Source: SAR324 cluster bacterium | GTDB lineage: Bacteria > SAR324 > XYD2-FULL-50-16 > JAERRU01 | Assembly: GCA_016735295.1 (NCBI GenBank) | Contig: JAERRU010000006.1 | Location: forward strand, 138,766 to 202,765 | Direction: 5' to 3' | DNA: 64,000 nt | In this document: positions 43,229-53,095 of the stretch, piece after piece | Numbering within the stretch: position 1 is the stretch's first letter | Layout: every line of letters begins with the position of its first letter | The notes under the pieces: model-generated | The model's input: only the letters and a program-made list of their open reading frames with translations | What the model was told of the DNA's origin: nothing | Databases searched by the model: none | Position numbers and translations under genes: made by a program

Positions 43229-43554
43229 TTTAGTAAATTTTAAATTTCAAAACAGCCCATGATTAATCTGACAAACAGCTATTTGGTTAATATATGATGG
43301 TAGCTGTTTTATCAGGAAAAATAACATTAATTTATATAAAACTAACTTCTTTTGATGCAAAATACGTGACAGCTTTTGCAATATAAAATTTGATTTTTAG
43401 TTGATTTTAGGTTTATTTTTTAAAAAGCATATTTTATGCTAAAAGTTAAGTAGAGCTAATAGTAGTTGGTTTAAATAAATTAGTTAGTGGATAAGGCCAA
43501 CTAAATTTTTAAATAAGGGAATCATTTTAAATAAAATCATTCGTTTTTATTAAA

Positions 43555-43992
43555 TTGCTATTATTAAATATAACACTAAAAATCAAACCTATCTGGTTAG
43601 ATTCGTTCATATTAAAAGCGCAAGAGATAATAAAGCAAGCTAATCTAGAACATCAAAATCTATCACTTTTGCTCTGTGGAAAGGCTAAAATGCGGCAATT
43701 AAACGCTAAATATCGGAAAAAGGATTACCCCACCGATGTGCTGTCTTGGTGCTATCACTCTGATGCCGATGGGGAGGGGGTGTTAGGGGAGATAGTAATT
43801 TGTTATGATCGGCTAAAATCGCAAGCTAAAATTAATCAATGGAGCCAAGAGATCGAGGCTCTCAGATTATTTGCTCACGGGATAGCTCATATTTTGGGAT
43901 ATGATCATCAAACAAATAAATCTGCCGCTAAGCAAATGCTATTATTTGAAGAAGAACTTCTCAGTAAAATAGGTTTGGTGGGGTTATATTAA
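43555..43992 (+). CDS. ybeY: rRNA maturation endoribonuclease YbeY
   Basis: HGIAHILGYDH zinc-binding H-x-x-x-H-x-x-x-x-x-H motif, and PTDVLSW. Confidence 0.85.
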   Translation: MLLLNITLKIKPIWLDSFILKAQEIIKQANLEHQNLSLLLCGKAKMRQLNAKYRKKDYPTDVLSWCYHSDADGEGVLGEIVICYDRLKSQAKINQWSQEIEALRLFAHGIAHILGYDHQTNKSAAKQMLLFEEELLSKIGLVGLY

Positions 43993-44021
43993 TTTAGTGG
44001 GGATAGGTATATTTTAGTATT

Positions 44022-45479
44022 ATGGAAATAAGGTCAAAATTAAGTGAGCATGAAGATAAATTACTTGAGCTTTACCGAGCATTAGTAATTGAAAATAATC
44101 CCGCTCAAATGAGAAGTTGGATAACTAAATTAAATAAAGTAGGGGTTGATGTGGTGGCCTGTTCTAACTTTTTGGACGCAACTGCTAAATTAAAAGCAGA
44201 GCCAGTTAATTTTGCGGTAGTTAATAAAAAACTTCTTGGGGCGGGAAAAAAGGGAATAAAGTCGTTGATAAATCTACTAAATAAACAAGATACTAAGCCT
44301 ATCTTAATTATCTATCCTGCCCTAAGTGGCCCTTCTTTGGCTAAAGAATTTGATATATTTACTCAATTTGATTTACCGATTTCGGATAAGGAATTTAATA
44401 ATCTGATTAGAGAAATAAAAACTAGTTTAAATAAAGCTAGCAAGTTATTAGCAGTTGATGACCCTTTAGTAAAGTTATTAAAGCCATTTTTGATTTTTCG
44501 TTCTAGATTAATGAAAGAAGGGCTAGCCCTGCTACCTAAAATTGCCCAAGTTCCTTATAGTGTGTTGATTACCGGGGCGACAGGCACAGGAAAAGAGATG
44601 GTGGCTCAAGCTATTCACTTTTTAAGCAAAAGAGCAAAGCACAAGTTTATCGCGATAAATTGTGGAGCAGTGCCCGAGAGCTTAATTGAGAGTGAGCTTT
44701 TTGGTCATGAAAAGGGTTCTTTTACTGGAGCTGAGCAAAGGAGGATAGGTAAATTTGAAGAGGCTCACCGAGGAACATTATTTTTAGATGAGATAGGAGA
44801 AATGCCTTTAAATATGCAAGTCAGGCTATTAAGGGTTTTGGAAGAGGGGGCGATTACTAGAATAGGAGGCAATCAATTAATAATGACTGACGTTAGAATA
44901 ATTGCTGCTACGCAAGTTGATTTAGCAAAAGCGGTGGAAAATGGAACCTTTCGGGAAGATCTTTATTATCGGCTAAATGTTTTGTATATACATTTGCCGA
45001 AGCTATCAAAAAGGCAAGATGATATTCTTTTATTAGCAAATCATTTTTTAGCGATAGCTTTTAGCAATATTGGATATAGCCAGCCATATCCACAATTAAG
45101 CTTAAAGAGCATTAAATTATTAAAGGAATATCCTTGGCCTGGTAATGTGAGAGAGCTCAAAAATTTTTCGATAAGGGTGGCGACAATGCTACCTAGCAGA
45201 GTGTCTGTTATAAAATCTAGCTATATTTTGAGGTTATTTAATAAATATCAATGGAATAAATCAACTTCTTTGGCTCAAAGTGAACAAAAGAAAGATTTAG
45301 GCATCTTTATTCCGTGGGATATGAAAATGAAAGAGGCTAAAGATAGGATTATCAAAGAAACTTTACAAAAAAATAATTATCAGTTAACTAAAACAGCCAA
45401 AAGCTTAGGGATGAGTGCACGTCATTTAGGCAGGCTAGCAGGTGGGATAAGGCGAGATATTAAAAAAAACAATCACTAA
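44022..45479 (+). CDS. Sigma-54-dependent transcriptional activator (NtrC-family bEBP) with a degenerate receiver-like N-terminal domain
   Basis: AAA+ core: Walker [24 protein letters not shown] (GAFTGA loop), Walker [25 protein letters not shown]-terminal Fis-type HTH ([17 protein letters not shown]). Confidence 0.88.
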   Translation: MEIRSKLSEHEDKLLELYRALVIENNPAQMRSWITKLNKVGVDVVACSNFLDATAKLKAEPVNFAVVNKKLLGAGKKGIKSLINLLNKQDTKPILIIYPALSGPSLAKEFDIFTQFDLPISDKEFNNLIREIKTSLNKASKLLAVDDPLVKLLKPFLIFRSRLMKEGLALLPKIAQVPYSVLITGATGTGKEMVAQAIHFLSKRAKHKFIAINCGAVPESLIESELFGHEKGSFTGAEQRRIGKFEEAHRGTLFLDEIGEMPLNMQVRLLRVLEEGAITRIGGNQLIMTDVRIIAATQVDLAKAVENGTFREDLYYRLNVLYIHLPKLSKRQDDILLLANHFLAIAFSNIGYSQPYPQLSLKSIKLLKEYPWPGNVRELKNFSIRVATMLPSRVSVIKSSYILRLFNKYQWNKSTSLAQSEQKKDLGIFIPWDMKMKEAKDRIIKETLQKNNYQLTKTAKSLGMSARHLGRLAGGIRRDIKKNNH

Positions 45480-45542
45480 AATTAATGTGTTAGGCAATGA
45501 TTAATCCTCCATTTAAATAATCATTTTTATAATTATTTGGCG

Positions 45543-46706
45543 ATGATACAAAAGAAAAGAAAATTTATCTATTTTGATCACTCATCAACCACCCCACTTG
45601 ATGAAGGGGTTTTGCAGGTTATGTTGCCATTATTAAAAAAGCAAAGATTTAACCCTTCTGCAGTTTATGGAGGAGGGCAAAGTTCAGCTAATCATATAGC
45701 TTTGGCGAGAAAGTCTATTGCTAAAAAATTAAAAATTGATCCAAAAGAGGTTTTTTTTACTAGTTGTGCGTCAGAAAGCAATAATTTAGTACTAAAGGGT
45801 TTGGCACAGGCAAATAAAAGTAGCAGTAAAAACATCATTATAATAGGCCCTACCGAGCATAGTTCAGTAATCAAAACGGCTCAATTTTTAGCGGATAATT
45901 TTTCTTATAAGTTGATTATATTACCTTGCGATAAAACTGGCTTGGTGAGCCTATCAAAATTTAAAGAATTACTTTCTCAAATTTATCAGCAAATTTTGTT
46001 AGTGAGTGTCGGCTTTGCATCTTCAGAGATAGGGACTAGGCAATTGATAGAGGATATGGCTGATTTGTGCATGGCAAGGGGGGTATTTTTTCATCTTGAC
46101 GCCACGCAAGCGGTTGATTTTTTTGATTTATCGCCCAAAGACTGGGGAGTATCAGCGATGACTTTAAGTTCACATAAGATATACGGACCGAGCGGGGTGG
46201 GGATGATATATTTATCTAATTCAGCTAAGTTATCTCCTATCAGGCATGGTGGAGGGCAAGAAAAATCTTTAGTCGCGGGAACAGAAAATACGGTTGCGAT
46301 AGTAGGCTTTGCGGAGGCTTTAAGAATTAGCCATCAACTTAAAGAGGCAAACAGGATAGCTGAGTTAACTGAGCATTTAAGGGAAAGGCTGATTGCTAAA
46401 TGCCCTAAGATAATTTTCACTGGCCATATTAGTTTTAGGCTTCCCTTTCATGTTAGCATAATCACGCCTGGGCTTAAATCACAGCAATTGCTAATTAAAT
46501 TAGATTTATTAAATATAGCAGCTTCAGCAGGCAGTGCTTGTGGGTTAGGGCAAGTTAGTGGTGATGAGGATTTATTTAGATTAGGCTATAATGAAAGTGA
46601 AATTTCATCTGCATTAAGGCTAACTTTGGGGAGGAGCAATGATTTATCAGATGTAGAAGAGTTTATTGATAGATTTAGCTATATATATAAGCACGATATT
46701 AGCTAG
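45543..46706 (+). CDS. Cysteine desulfurase (class V aminotransferase, NifS/IscS-like), second copy in the window
   Basis: YFDHSSTTP, the SSHKIYGPSGVG PLP-lysine motif and the catalytic loop SAGSACG. Confidence 0.8.
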   Translation: MIQKKRKFIYFDHSSTTPLDEGVLQVMLPLLKKQRFNPSAVYGGGQSSANHIALARKSIAKKLKIDPKEVFFTSCASESNNLVLKGLAQANKSSSKNIIIIGPTEHSSVIKTAQFLADNFSYKLIILPCDKTGLVSLSKFKELLSQIYQQILLVSVGFASSEIGTRQLIEDMADLCMARGVFFHLDATQAVDFFDLSPKDWGVSAMTLSSHKIYGPSGVGMIYLSNSAKLSPIRHGGGQEKSLVAGTENTVAIVGFAEALRISHQLKEANRIAELTEHLRERLIAKCPKIIFTGHISFRLPFHVSIITPGLKSQQLLIKLDLLNIAASAGSACGLGQVSGDEDLFRLGYNESEISSALRLTLGRSNDLSDVEEFIDRFSYIYKHDIS

Positions 46707-46857
46707 GTAAAAAGATAATTAAGGTTAAGTTTTTGTTAGAAAAAATTGATGATATATGTTAGTAATTATAAGTAGAGGCAAGGTGATTTTATTACTACGT
46801 AAGAACATTATATTAAACACTAAGAACAATAAATTAGCATAATAATATTTTATTAAG

Positions 46858-47691
46858 ATGAAGTGGGTGATGAAAATACTATTGATTAGCATATTAGTGC
46901 TGATTTTTAATATGACCATGAAAATGGGAACGATCAATATTTTAGCAGACGAGAGAGCTCAAAAACAAATTGCCAGTTTAAGAAAATTGGTTTTAGATAA
47001 TAATATATCATTAAATTTGTTAATGGAGGAAATGCGAGAAGTTACCAACCAAGAAGATATTAAGGAGAGGATAGAAAATGTGGATCGCCAATTTAACGAA
47101 GGCATAGAAAGAAGGCTGCTGTTAGTAGAAACTGAGTTAAGAAAGATAGTTGATAAATTAGAATCAATGGAAACAGAAAAACTCAAGACAGAATCCGCTT
47201 TTAGAGAAAACCCAAAAAATACTTTGCCCGAAAAAATGAGAAGGGAGAGCAATAATAAGATTTTTCCAAGTGAGCAACCATATTTAAAATCATTTGACGC
47301 AGATAATAAAGGGTTATCTGAAATTAATTTATTTCAATTCGCCCAAAATGCAAAATATATCGGAAAATATAAAAAAGCTCGGGGATATTTAGAAAAATAT
47401 CGACAAGAATATCCAGCAGGTAATTTTTATGATAGCACTATCTTACTTAGCGGGCTAAGTGCGGCGGTAATGAAAGATTATGACGCTTGCGTTGTGCTAT
47501 TGACTGATTTTATCACCACCAAAGGTAGTAAAGAAGATAAATATTCTGCACAGTGGAAGTTGGCTGAGTGCTATCATAAATCAGGAGATGAGCTAGCCCA
47601 GCAAAAATTATTAAGAGATATTTCTAATAATCAAAGCCATCCAAGGCGTAAAGGTGCACTTGCCAAACTCTTAGAAAACCAACAGAATTAA
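46858..47691 (+). CDS. Periplasmic coiled-coil + TPR protein, YbgF/CpoB-like
   Basis: Signal/anchor sequence, a ~90-aa coiled coil (QIASLRKLVLDNN...VETELRKIVDKLESME), then TPR-like repeats (YKKARGYLEKYRQEYPAGNFY...AQWKLAECYHKSGD). Confidence 0.4.
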   Translation: MKWVMKILLISILVLIFNMTMKMGTINILADERAQKQIASLRKLVLDNNISLNLLMEEMREVTNQEDIKERIENVDRQFNEGIERRLLLVETELRKIVDKLESMETEKLKTESAFRENPKNTLPEKMRRESNNKIFPSEQPYLKSFDADNKGLSEINLFQFAQNAKYIGKYKKARGYLEKYRQEYPAGNFYDSTILLSGLSAAVMKDYDACVVLLTDFITTKGSKEDKYSAQWKLAECYHKSGDELAQQKLLRDISNNQSHPRRKGALAKLLENQQN

Positions 47692-47731
47692 TCTCATATA
47701 AACATGCTTTGTTTAAATTAAAGTATAAGAA

Positions 47732-50700
47732 ATGATGGATTTATATAAAAAAGCGATAGATTTAGCAGAACAATGGCAATATGAAGTAGAAAATAGCACC
47801 AAGCGCTCAGAAAAAAAGGAGCAACAAAAATATAAATCGTTAGCGAGTGATAAACAATCTAAAAATTTGTTGGTAATAATTTTTGATAGATCTTTTAGAT
47901 CTTTTAAAGCGAGCAAGGTAGTAACAAATTTTCATCAAATCCTGAGTGATCATGGGGTGCCATCATTTTTTCGGGGGATCGACCGGCTGTTAATTAAAAT
48001 ATTTTTACAAGTAGGCTATAAATTTCCTCGCATAGCTCTTCCTTTGCTAAAAAGAAAAATTAGATTAGATACAGCAAAGGTGGTGCTACCCGCCAAGGGT
48101 TTGTCAAAATATTTAATCAACAGGCGTGAACAAGGATTTAGGGTTAATCTAAATCAATTAGGCGAGGCAGTGCTTGGAGAAACAGAGGCTAAGAAGCATT
48201 TAGCCGATTATTTGGTGTTATTAGATAGTATTGATATTGATTATATATCAATTAAGCTATCAAACATATTTTCTGAGTTACATCCTCTCGGGTTTACCAG
48301 ATCAAAGCAGATTCTTAAAGAAAGGCTATCTACTCTTTATGATAGAGCTAAATCGGCCAGGTTACCTTCTAAAAGCCAGGGTAAGCATAAATTCATCAAT
48401 CTGGATATGGAAGAATATAAAGATGTTGAATTAACTTTGCAGGTATTTATGGAGACTTTATCGCAAGAAAAGTTTAACGATTTATCGGCAGGAATAGTGC
48501 TACAGGCTTATTTACCCTGTTCTTATCATAACTTTAAAAGGCTAGTTAAGTGGGCTAAACAAAGAGTTGACAAAGGGGGTTCTCCAATTAAGGTGAGGTT
48601 GGTGAAGGGAGCTAATTTATCGGTGGAGTTGGTACAATCATCTTTAGTGGATTTGGCGTCACCAATTTTCCCCAATAAATTACTTAGCGACGCTAATTAT
48701 AAGAAAATATTAGATTTAGCACTTAAACCTCAAATTACTAAATATGTCAAATTGGGAGTAGCCTCGCACAATATGTTTGATTTAGCCTATGCCAAGGTAG
48801 TAGCCACTCATCATGGCACACTTGATTCTTTAACTTTTGAGATGTTAGATGGCATGGCCGAACCTTTAGTGAGAGTATTAAAGAGGAGAGGAGGGGAATT
48901 AATTTTATATTCACCTTTTGCAGAGCCTGAGTGTTTTTTGAATGCGATAGGATATTTAGTGCGAAGATTAGATGAAAACACTCAGATGGAAAATTTCCTT
49001 AGACATTCGTTTAATATGAAGCTGGGGAGTGATTCATGGAAATACTTAAAGAAACAATTTTTAAGAGCACAAGAATTAAAGAGCGGGCTAAAAGAATCTC
49101 CTTACCGAGATCAAGATAGGCAAAAAGAACAAAATAATTTTAAGGAGAGAAAAGAGATAGATTTTGTTAATGAACCAGAAACAGATTTTCATTTACCGCA
49201 AAATATATTATGGGCCGATAAAATTAAAGAAGAGTTTAAAAAATCTGTATCCGTAAAACAAGAAGAAATATTAGCTCAAGTAGGCAAAGAAGATGTAAAA
49301 ACCAGTGAAGTAAAAGATTATGCCGATTTAAATCAAGCGCCAGCGATTAATATTTATAAAATACATAGAGCTGGTGTAAAAGAAATTGATCATATTTTAT
49401 CAATAGCGGATAAAGCAACAAAAGGGTGGTCTAGCAAGCCATTAAAGGAGCGGTGGTTGATATTAAAAAAGGTGGCTGGAGAGTTAAGAAAAAACCGAGG
49501 TAGTTTGATAGGCTGCGTGGCACAAACAACTGGTAAAGTTTTTATTGAAGCGGATGCAGAGATAAATGAAGCAATAGATTTTTTAGAGTACTATCCATAT
49601 TCATTAAACAAATTAGCCGAGCAAACATTAGCTGAATTTAAAGGTAAAGGAGTTGTATTGGTGATTGCTCCGTGGAATTTTCCATTAGCTATCCCTATTG
49701 GGGGAGTAGCAGCGGCACTCGCTGGTGGAAATAGTGTTATATTAAAGCCTGCACCAGAAGCGGCGGTGATTGCTTATAAATTTGCTCAACTTTTTTGGCA
49801 GGCGGGAGTGCCTAGAGAAGTTTTTCAGGTGGCTTGCCCTAGCGAAAGTGAGCGGGTTGCTCTTGAGCGATTGGTTAAATCTGATATTATAAAGCATATT
49901 ATTTTTACCGGAGGCACCGATACCGCACAAAAAATTATTAAAACCAATTATAAAACTCTTTTGAGTGCAGAAACTGGTGGTAAAAACACTACCATCATCA
50001 CAGAGATGGCGGATATAGATATAGCTATTAAAAATGTGGTGCATTCGGCGTTTAGCAATGGGGGGCAAAAATGTTCGTGCACATCTTTGTTGATATTAGA
50101 GAAATCTTTATATGAGAGTGAATTTTTTAAAAACAAGCTATTAGATTGTGCTAAAAGCTTTAAATCTGGCTCAGCGTGGCAGTTAGGCAGTGATTATGGC
50201 CCTTTGATCGCTCCTCCTAGTGGTAAATTAAAATTAGCGATAGAAAAAAATAATCCTGGTGAAACCTGGTTTATTAAGCCCGAGACATCTAAAGATAATC
50301 CTCGTATATTAACTCCAGGCATAAAATGGGGAATAAAAAGGGGTAGTTTTATGCATAAAACTGAATTATTTGGACCAATTTTGGGAGTAATGTGCGCCGA
50401 TGATATTTCTGAGGCGATAGATATTGCCAATGATACTGATTATGGCCTAACTGCTGGCTTAGAAAGCCTTGATGAGAAAGAACAAACCTTGTGGTTGAGC
50501 AAAATTAGAGCTGGAAATTTGTACATCAATCGCAACACAGTGGGTGCGGTGGTGCAGCGGCAACCGTTTGGAGGGATGAAGGAGTCTTCTTTTGGGGCGG
50601 GAGCTAAGGCAGGCGGAGCTAATTATGCCATGCAATTTTGCATTATCTCTGAGCCTGACGATATTATTGCCGATGATATAAATTCACCTTTGAGCGATCA

Positions 50701-51322
50701 AAAAAAAGAAACAAATAACGGGTTAATTGATCAGCTACCAAATTTTACTGATAAAATAGCATACTTAAATCATCTCAAAGAGTATCAATCTATTTTCAAA
50801 AATGAAAAAAAATCATTTTTTAGTTATCAATGGGCAATGCAAAATCATTTTAAGCTTAGTCTTGATGTTTCAAATCTATTAGGGCAAGACAATATTGCAA
50901 AATATCTAACTGGGGTTAAAATTGCGATTAGATTTACTGCTAAAGATGATTGGGGTGCGGGGTTAAGGGCTATATTGGCCGCGGTGGTGTGCCAGGCTGA
51001 TTTGTTGGTGAGTTTTGGTGATGATTTTAAAAATAATTCCTTGGCTCCAATAAAAGAATTTCTAAACGCCTTTTATGTTTTTTACCAAGAGGAGAATATT
51101 ACTGAATTTTTAAGAGGTGTTCGTCACCATGAAAGGGTAAGATATTTAAGCCCTGAAAGTGCCAGCGATGAAGAGATGAAAACCGCAGCAGCACTTTACA
51201 CTCCAATTAGTAATCATGTTCCCTATAAAAGTGGCCGTTTAGAGCTAGTCAACTATCTGCAAGAGCAGAGCATTAGCAATAGCTATCATAGATACGGTAA
51301 TTTGGGGTTAAGGGGAGATTAA
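47732..51322 (+). CDS. putA: Bifunctional proline dehydrogenase / L-glutamate-gamma-semialdehyde (P5C) dehydrogenase PutA
   Basis: 1196 aa. PRODH barrel (VRLVKGAN...FEMLDGMAEPL...GYLVRRLDENT). ALDH domain (VIAPWNFPLAIP, ETGGKN, catalytic GGQKCSCTS, ELFGPIL). Confidence 0.92.
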   Translation: MMDLYKKAIDLAEQWQYEVENSTKRSEKKEQQKYKSLASDKQSKNLLVIIFDRSFRSFKASKVVTNFHQILSDHGVPSFFRGIDRLLIKIFLQVGYKFPRIALPLLKRKIRLDTAKVVLPAKGLSKYLINRREQGFRVNLNQLGEAVLGETEAKKHLADYLVLLDSIDIDYISIKLSNIFSELHPLGFTRSKQILKERLSTLYDRAKSARLPSKSQGKHKFINLDMEEYKDVELTLQVFMETLSQEKFNDLSAGIVLQAYLPCSYHNFKRLVKWAKQRVDKGGSPIKVRLVKGANLSVELVQSSLVDLASPIFPNKLLSDANYKKILDLALKPQITKYVKLGVASHNMFDLAYAKVVATHHGTLDSLTFEMLDGMAEPLVRVLKRRGGELILYSPFAEPECFLNAIGYLVRRLDENTQMENFLRHSFNMKLGSDSWKYLKKQFLRAQELKSGLKESPYRDQDRQKEQNNFKERKEIDFVNEPETDFHLPQNILWADKIKEEFKKSVSVKQEEILAQVGKEDVKTSEVKDYADLNQAPAINIYKIHRAGVKEIDHILSIADKATKGWSSKPLKERWLILKKVAGELRKNRGSLIGCVAQTTGKVFIEADAEINEAIDFLEYYPYSLNKLAEQTLAEFKGKGVVLVIAPWNFPLAIPIGGVAAALAGGNSVILKPAPEAAVIAYKFAQLFWQAGVPREVFQVACPSESERVALERLVKSDIIKHIIFTGGTDTAQKIIKTNYKTLLSAETGGKNTTIITEMADIDIAIKNVVHSAFSNGGQKCSCTSLLILEKSLYESEFFKNKLLDCAKSFKSGSAWQLGSDYGPLIAPPSGKLKLAIEKNNPGETWFIKPETSKDNPRILTPGIKWGIKRGSFMHKTELFGPILGVMCADDISEAIDIANDTDYGLTAGLESLDEKEQTLWLSKIRAGNLYINRNTVGAVVQRQPFGGMKESSFGAGAKAGGANYAMQFCIISEPDDIIADDINSPLSDQKKETNNGLIDQLPNFTDKIAYLNHLKEYQSIFKNEKKSFFSYQWAMQNHFKLSLDVSNLLGQDNIAKYLTGVKIAIRFTAKDDWGAGLRAILAAVVCQADLLVSFGDDFKNNSLAPIKEFLNAFYVFYQEENITEFLRGVRHHERVRYLSPESASDEEMKTAAALYTPISNHVPYKSGRLELVNYLQEQSISNSYHRYGNLGLRGD

Positions 51323-51424
51323 TAATAGTTTATTTATTAGAGTTGATTAACTATCTACTTGCAAAATCGGCAGAGGATTAGCAATAGTCATCATAGGTAT
51401 GGTAATTTGGGGTTAAGGGGGGAT
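51265..51424 (+). repeat. Imperfect 55-bp direct duplication of the putA 3' coding end (51265-51319 and 51370-51424)
   Basis: 49 of 55 nt identical by eye, plus a shared aactatct 14-21 nt upstream of each copy. The second copy keeps an open frame, ISNSHHRYGNLGLRGD, versus the genuine ISNSYHRYGNLGLRGD*. Confidence 0.8.
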
Positions 51425-51432
51425 GGACATCA

Positions 51433-51478
51433 AGTTAGCGACCTCTAATAAAAAAATACTTTATAGAGACCGCTAACT
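51433..51478. terminator. Long hairpin between convergent putA and pckA (possible bidirectional terminator)
   Basis: agttagcgacctcta-N16-tagagaccgctaact, 13 of 15 paired. There is no flanking T-run, so the function is uncertain. Confidence 0.3.
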
Positions 51479-51517
51479 ACTACTAGTAAATGCTACTAGG
51501 ACGAAAATCTAGTAAAA

Positions 51518-53095
51518 CTACAACTTAGGACCAAAAGGAATCAAATGACTAGCATAGCTAGAGTGCTCCTTTTCAAAGTTTTCAATAAACATTTTAGCCA
51601 ATTCTTTGTAGCTGTTCCAGTATTCATCAACGTTTTTCCACGCTTTTTTTGGATCTAGGATATCAGATTCAATATTCGGCAAACTCTCAGGAATCAAAAA
51701 ACCAAATACAGGATCTTTCACAAATTTAGCCTTATCAATAGCACCAGATAAAACTGCTGTGATGATACTTCTAGTATCAGGTAAAGATATTCTATTACCA
51801 GATTTGCCACCCATCCAACCAGTATTGATAAGATAGGCATTTGTTTTGTGAGTAACCATTTTTTTAGCAAGCAAATCACCATAAACATTAGGTGTTTGCA
51901 TCATAAAAGGTTTACCAAAACAAGTAGAAAAAGCCGCCTTAGGATCAGTTACTCCCATTTCGGTGCCCGCTACTTTAGCTGTGTAACCAGTTAAAAAATG
52001 ATAACTAGCCTGGTCTGGAGTTAACTTAGATATAGGAGGTAACACCCCAAAGGCGTCACAGGTTAACATAAAAATATAGCTAGGATGGCCAGCTTGACCA
52101 GAAATTTCTATATTACGAATATGATCCACAGGGTAAGAGATTCGACTATTTTCTGTAACAGTAGAATCATCAAAATCTACTAACCTAGTATCTTTATTAT
52201 AAGTAACATTTTCTACAATAGCACCAAATTTAATAGCATTCCAAATGTCAGGCTCAACTTCAGGAGAAAGGCGGATAGCTTTAGCATAACAGCCCCCCTC
52301 AAAATTAAATATTCCCTTATCAGTCCAGCCATGCTCATCATCGCCAATCAGGAGTCTGTTAGGATCAGCCGATAAAGTGGTTTTTCCTGTACCAGATAAA
52401 CCAAAATATATAGCTACATCTTTCTTTGCCCCTACAGTAGCTGAGCAATGCATAGGAAGCACATTTTTTAAAGGTAAAAGATAATTCATTATGGAAAAAA
52501 TACCTTTTTTTATTTCACCAGGATATTCAGTTCCAGCGATTAAACCTAATTTTTTACCTAAATTTAACGTAACAAAAGTTTTAGTGCGTAAGCCTAATTC
52601 TTTCCATCTTTCCTCTTCCGAATAGCCACAAGCACCAAGGATAGTGAAATCAGGAACAAAATCGACTAATTCTTCTGGAGCAGGCACGATGAACATATTA
52701 TGCACAAAATGATAATGCCACGCTTGAGTATTGATAATTCTTATCTTTAGTCGATGGTTAACATCTGTTCCCGCGTAGCCATCAAACACATAAAGATTTT
52801 TATCACTTAAAAAATTTCTTACATTATTTTGTAAAACAGAAAAAGATTTTTCTGATAATTCTTTATTAACCGATCCCCACCAAATTTTATCTTTAGTAGA
52901 ATCTTCAACTACCACAAATTTATCTTTAGGTGAGCGACCAGTGTGTACGCCACTATCGCATATCATTTCTCCTTTTTGGCCTAAAACACCATCTTTATTT
53001 TTAAGTTCGTGCTCTACTATTTGTGGAATAGATAAATTATGAAACACCTCTCCTCGGCAGGTTACCCCTTCAATTAGTTTACTTTTATCAATCAT
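51518..53095 (-). CDS. pckA: Phosphoenolpyruvate carboxykinase (ATP)
   Basis: GRSPKDKF, the kinase-1a loop FFGLSGTGKTTLS (here YFGLSGTGKTTLS), IGDDEHGW and NTGW. Confidence 0.93.
   Translation of the reverse strand: MIDKSKLIEGVTCRGEVFHNLSIPQIVEHELKNKDGVLGQKGEMICDSGVHTGRSPKDKFVVVEDSTKDKIWWGSVNKELSEKSFSVLQNNVRNFLSDKNLYVFDGYAGTDVNHRLKIRIINTQAWHYHFVHNMFIVPAPEELVDFVPDFTILGACGYSEEERWKELGLRTKTFVTLNLGKKLGLIAGTEYPGEIKKGIFSIMNYLLPLKNVLPMHCSATVGAKKDVAIYFGLSGTGKTTLSADPNRLLIGDDEHGWTDKGIFNFEGGCYAKAIRLSPEVEPDIWNAIKFGAIVENVTYNKDTRLVDFDDSTVTENSRISYPVDHIRNIEISGQAGHPSYIFMLTCDAFGVLPPISKLTPDQASYHFLTGYTAKVAGTEMGVTDPKAAFSTCFGKPFMMQTPNVYGDLLAKKMVTHKTNAYLINTGWMGGKSGNRISLPDTRSIITAVLSGAIDKAKFVKDPVFGFLIPESLPNIESDILDPKKAWKNVDEYWNSYKELAKMFIENFEKEHSSYASHLIPFGPKL

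Noticed and set aside
43366-43390. Sigma-54 (-24/-12) promoter-like string tgacagcttttgca near the bEBP gene
   Set aside because: GG is replaced by GA at the -24 position, and the spacing to TTGC is 2 nt too short relative to TGGCAC-N5-TTGC. I found no other intergenic match on either strand by eye.
46725-46937. 70-aa highly hydrophobic ORF on the minus strand, between the desulfurase and the CpoB-like gene
   Set aside because: Its Ile/Phe/Leu/Asn-rich composition is what AT-rich non-coding DNA gives. It also overlaps the start of the better-supported + strand gene at 46858.
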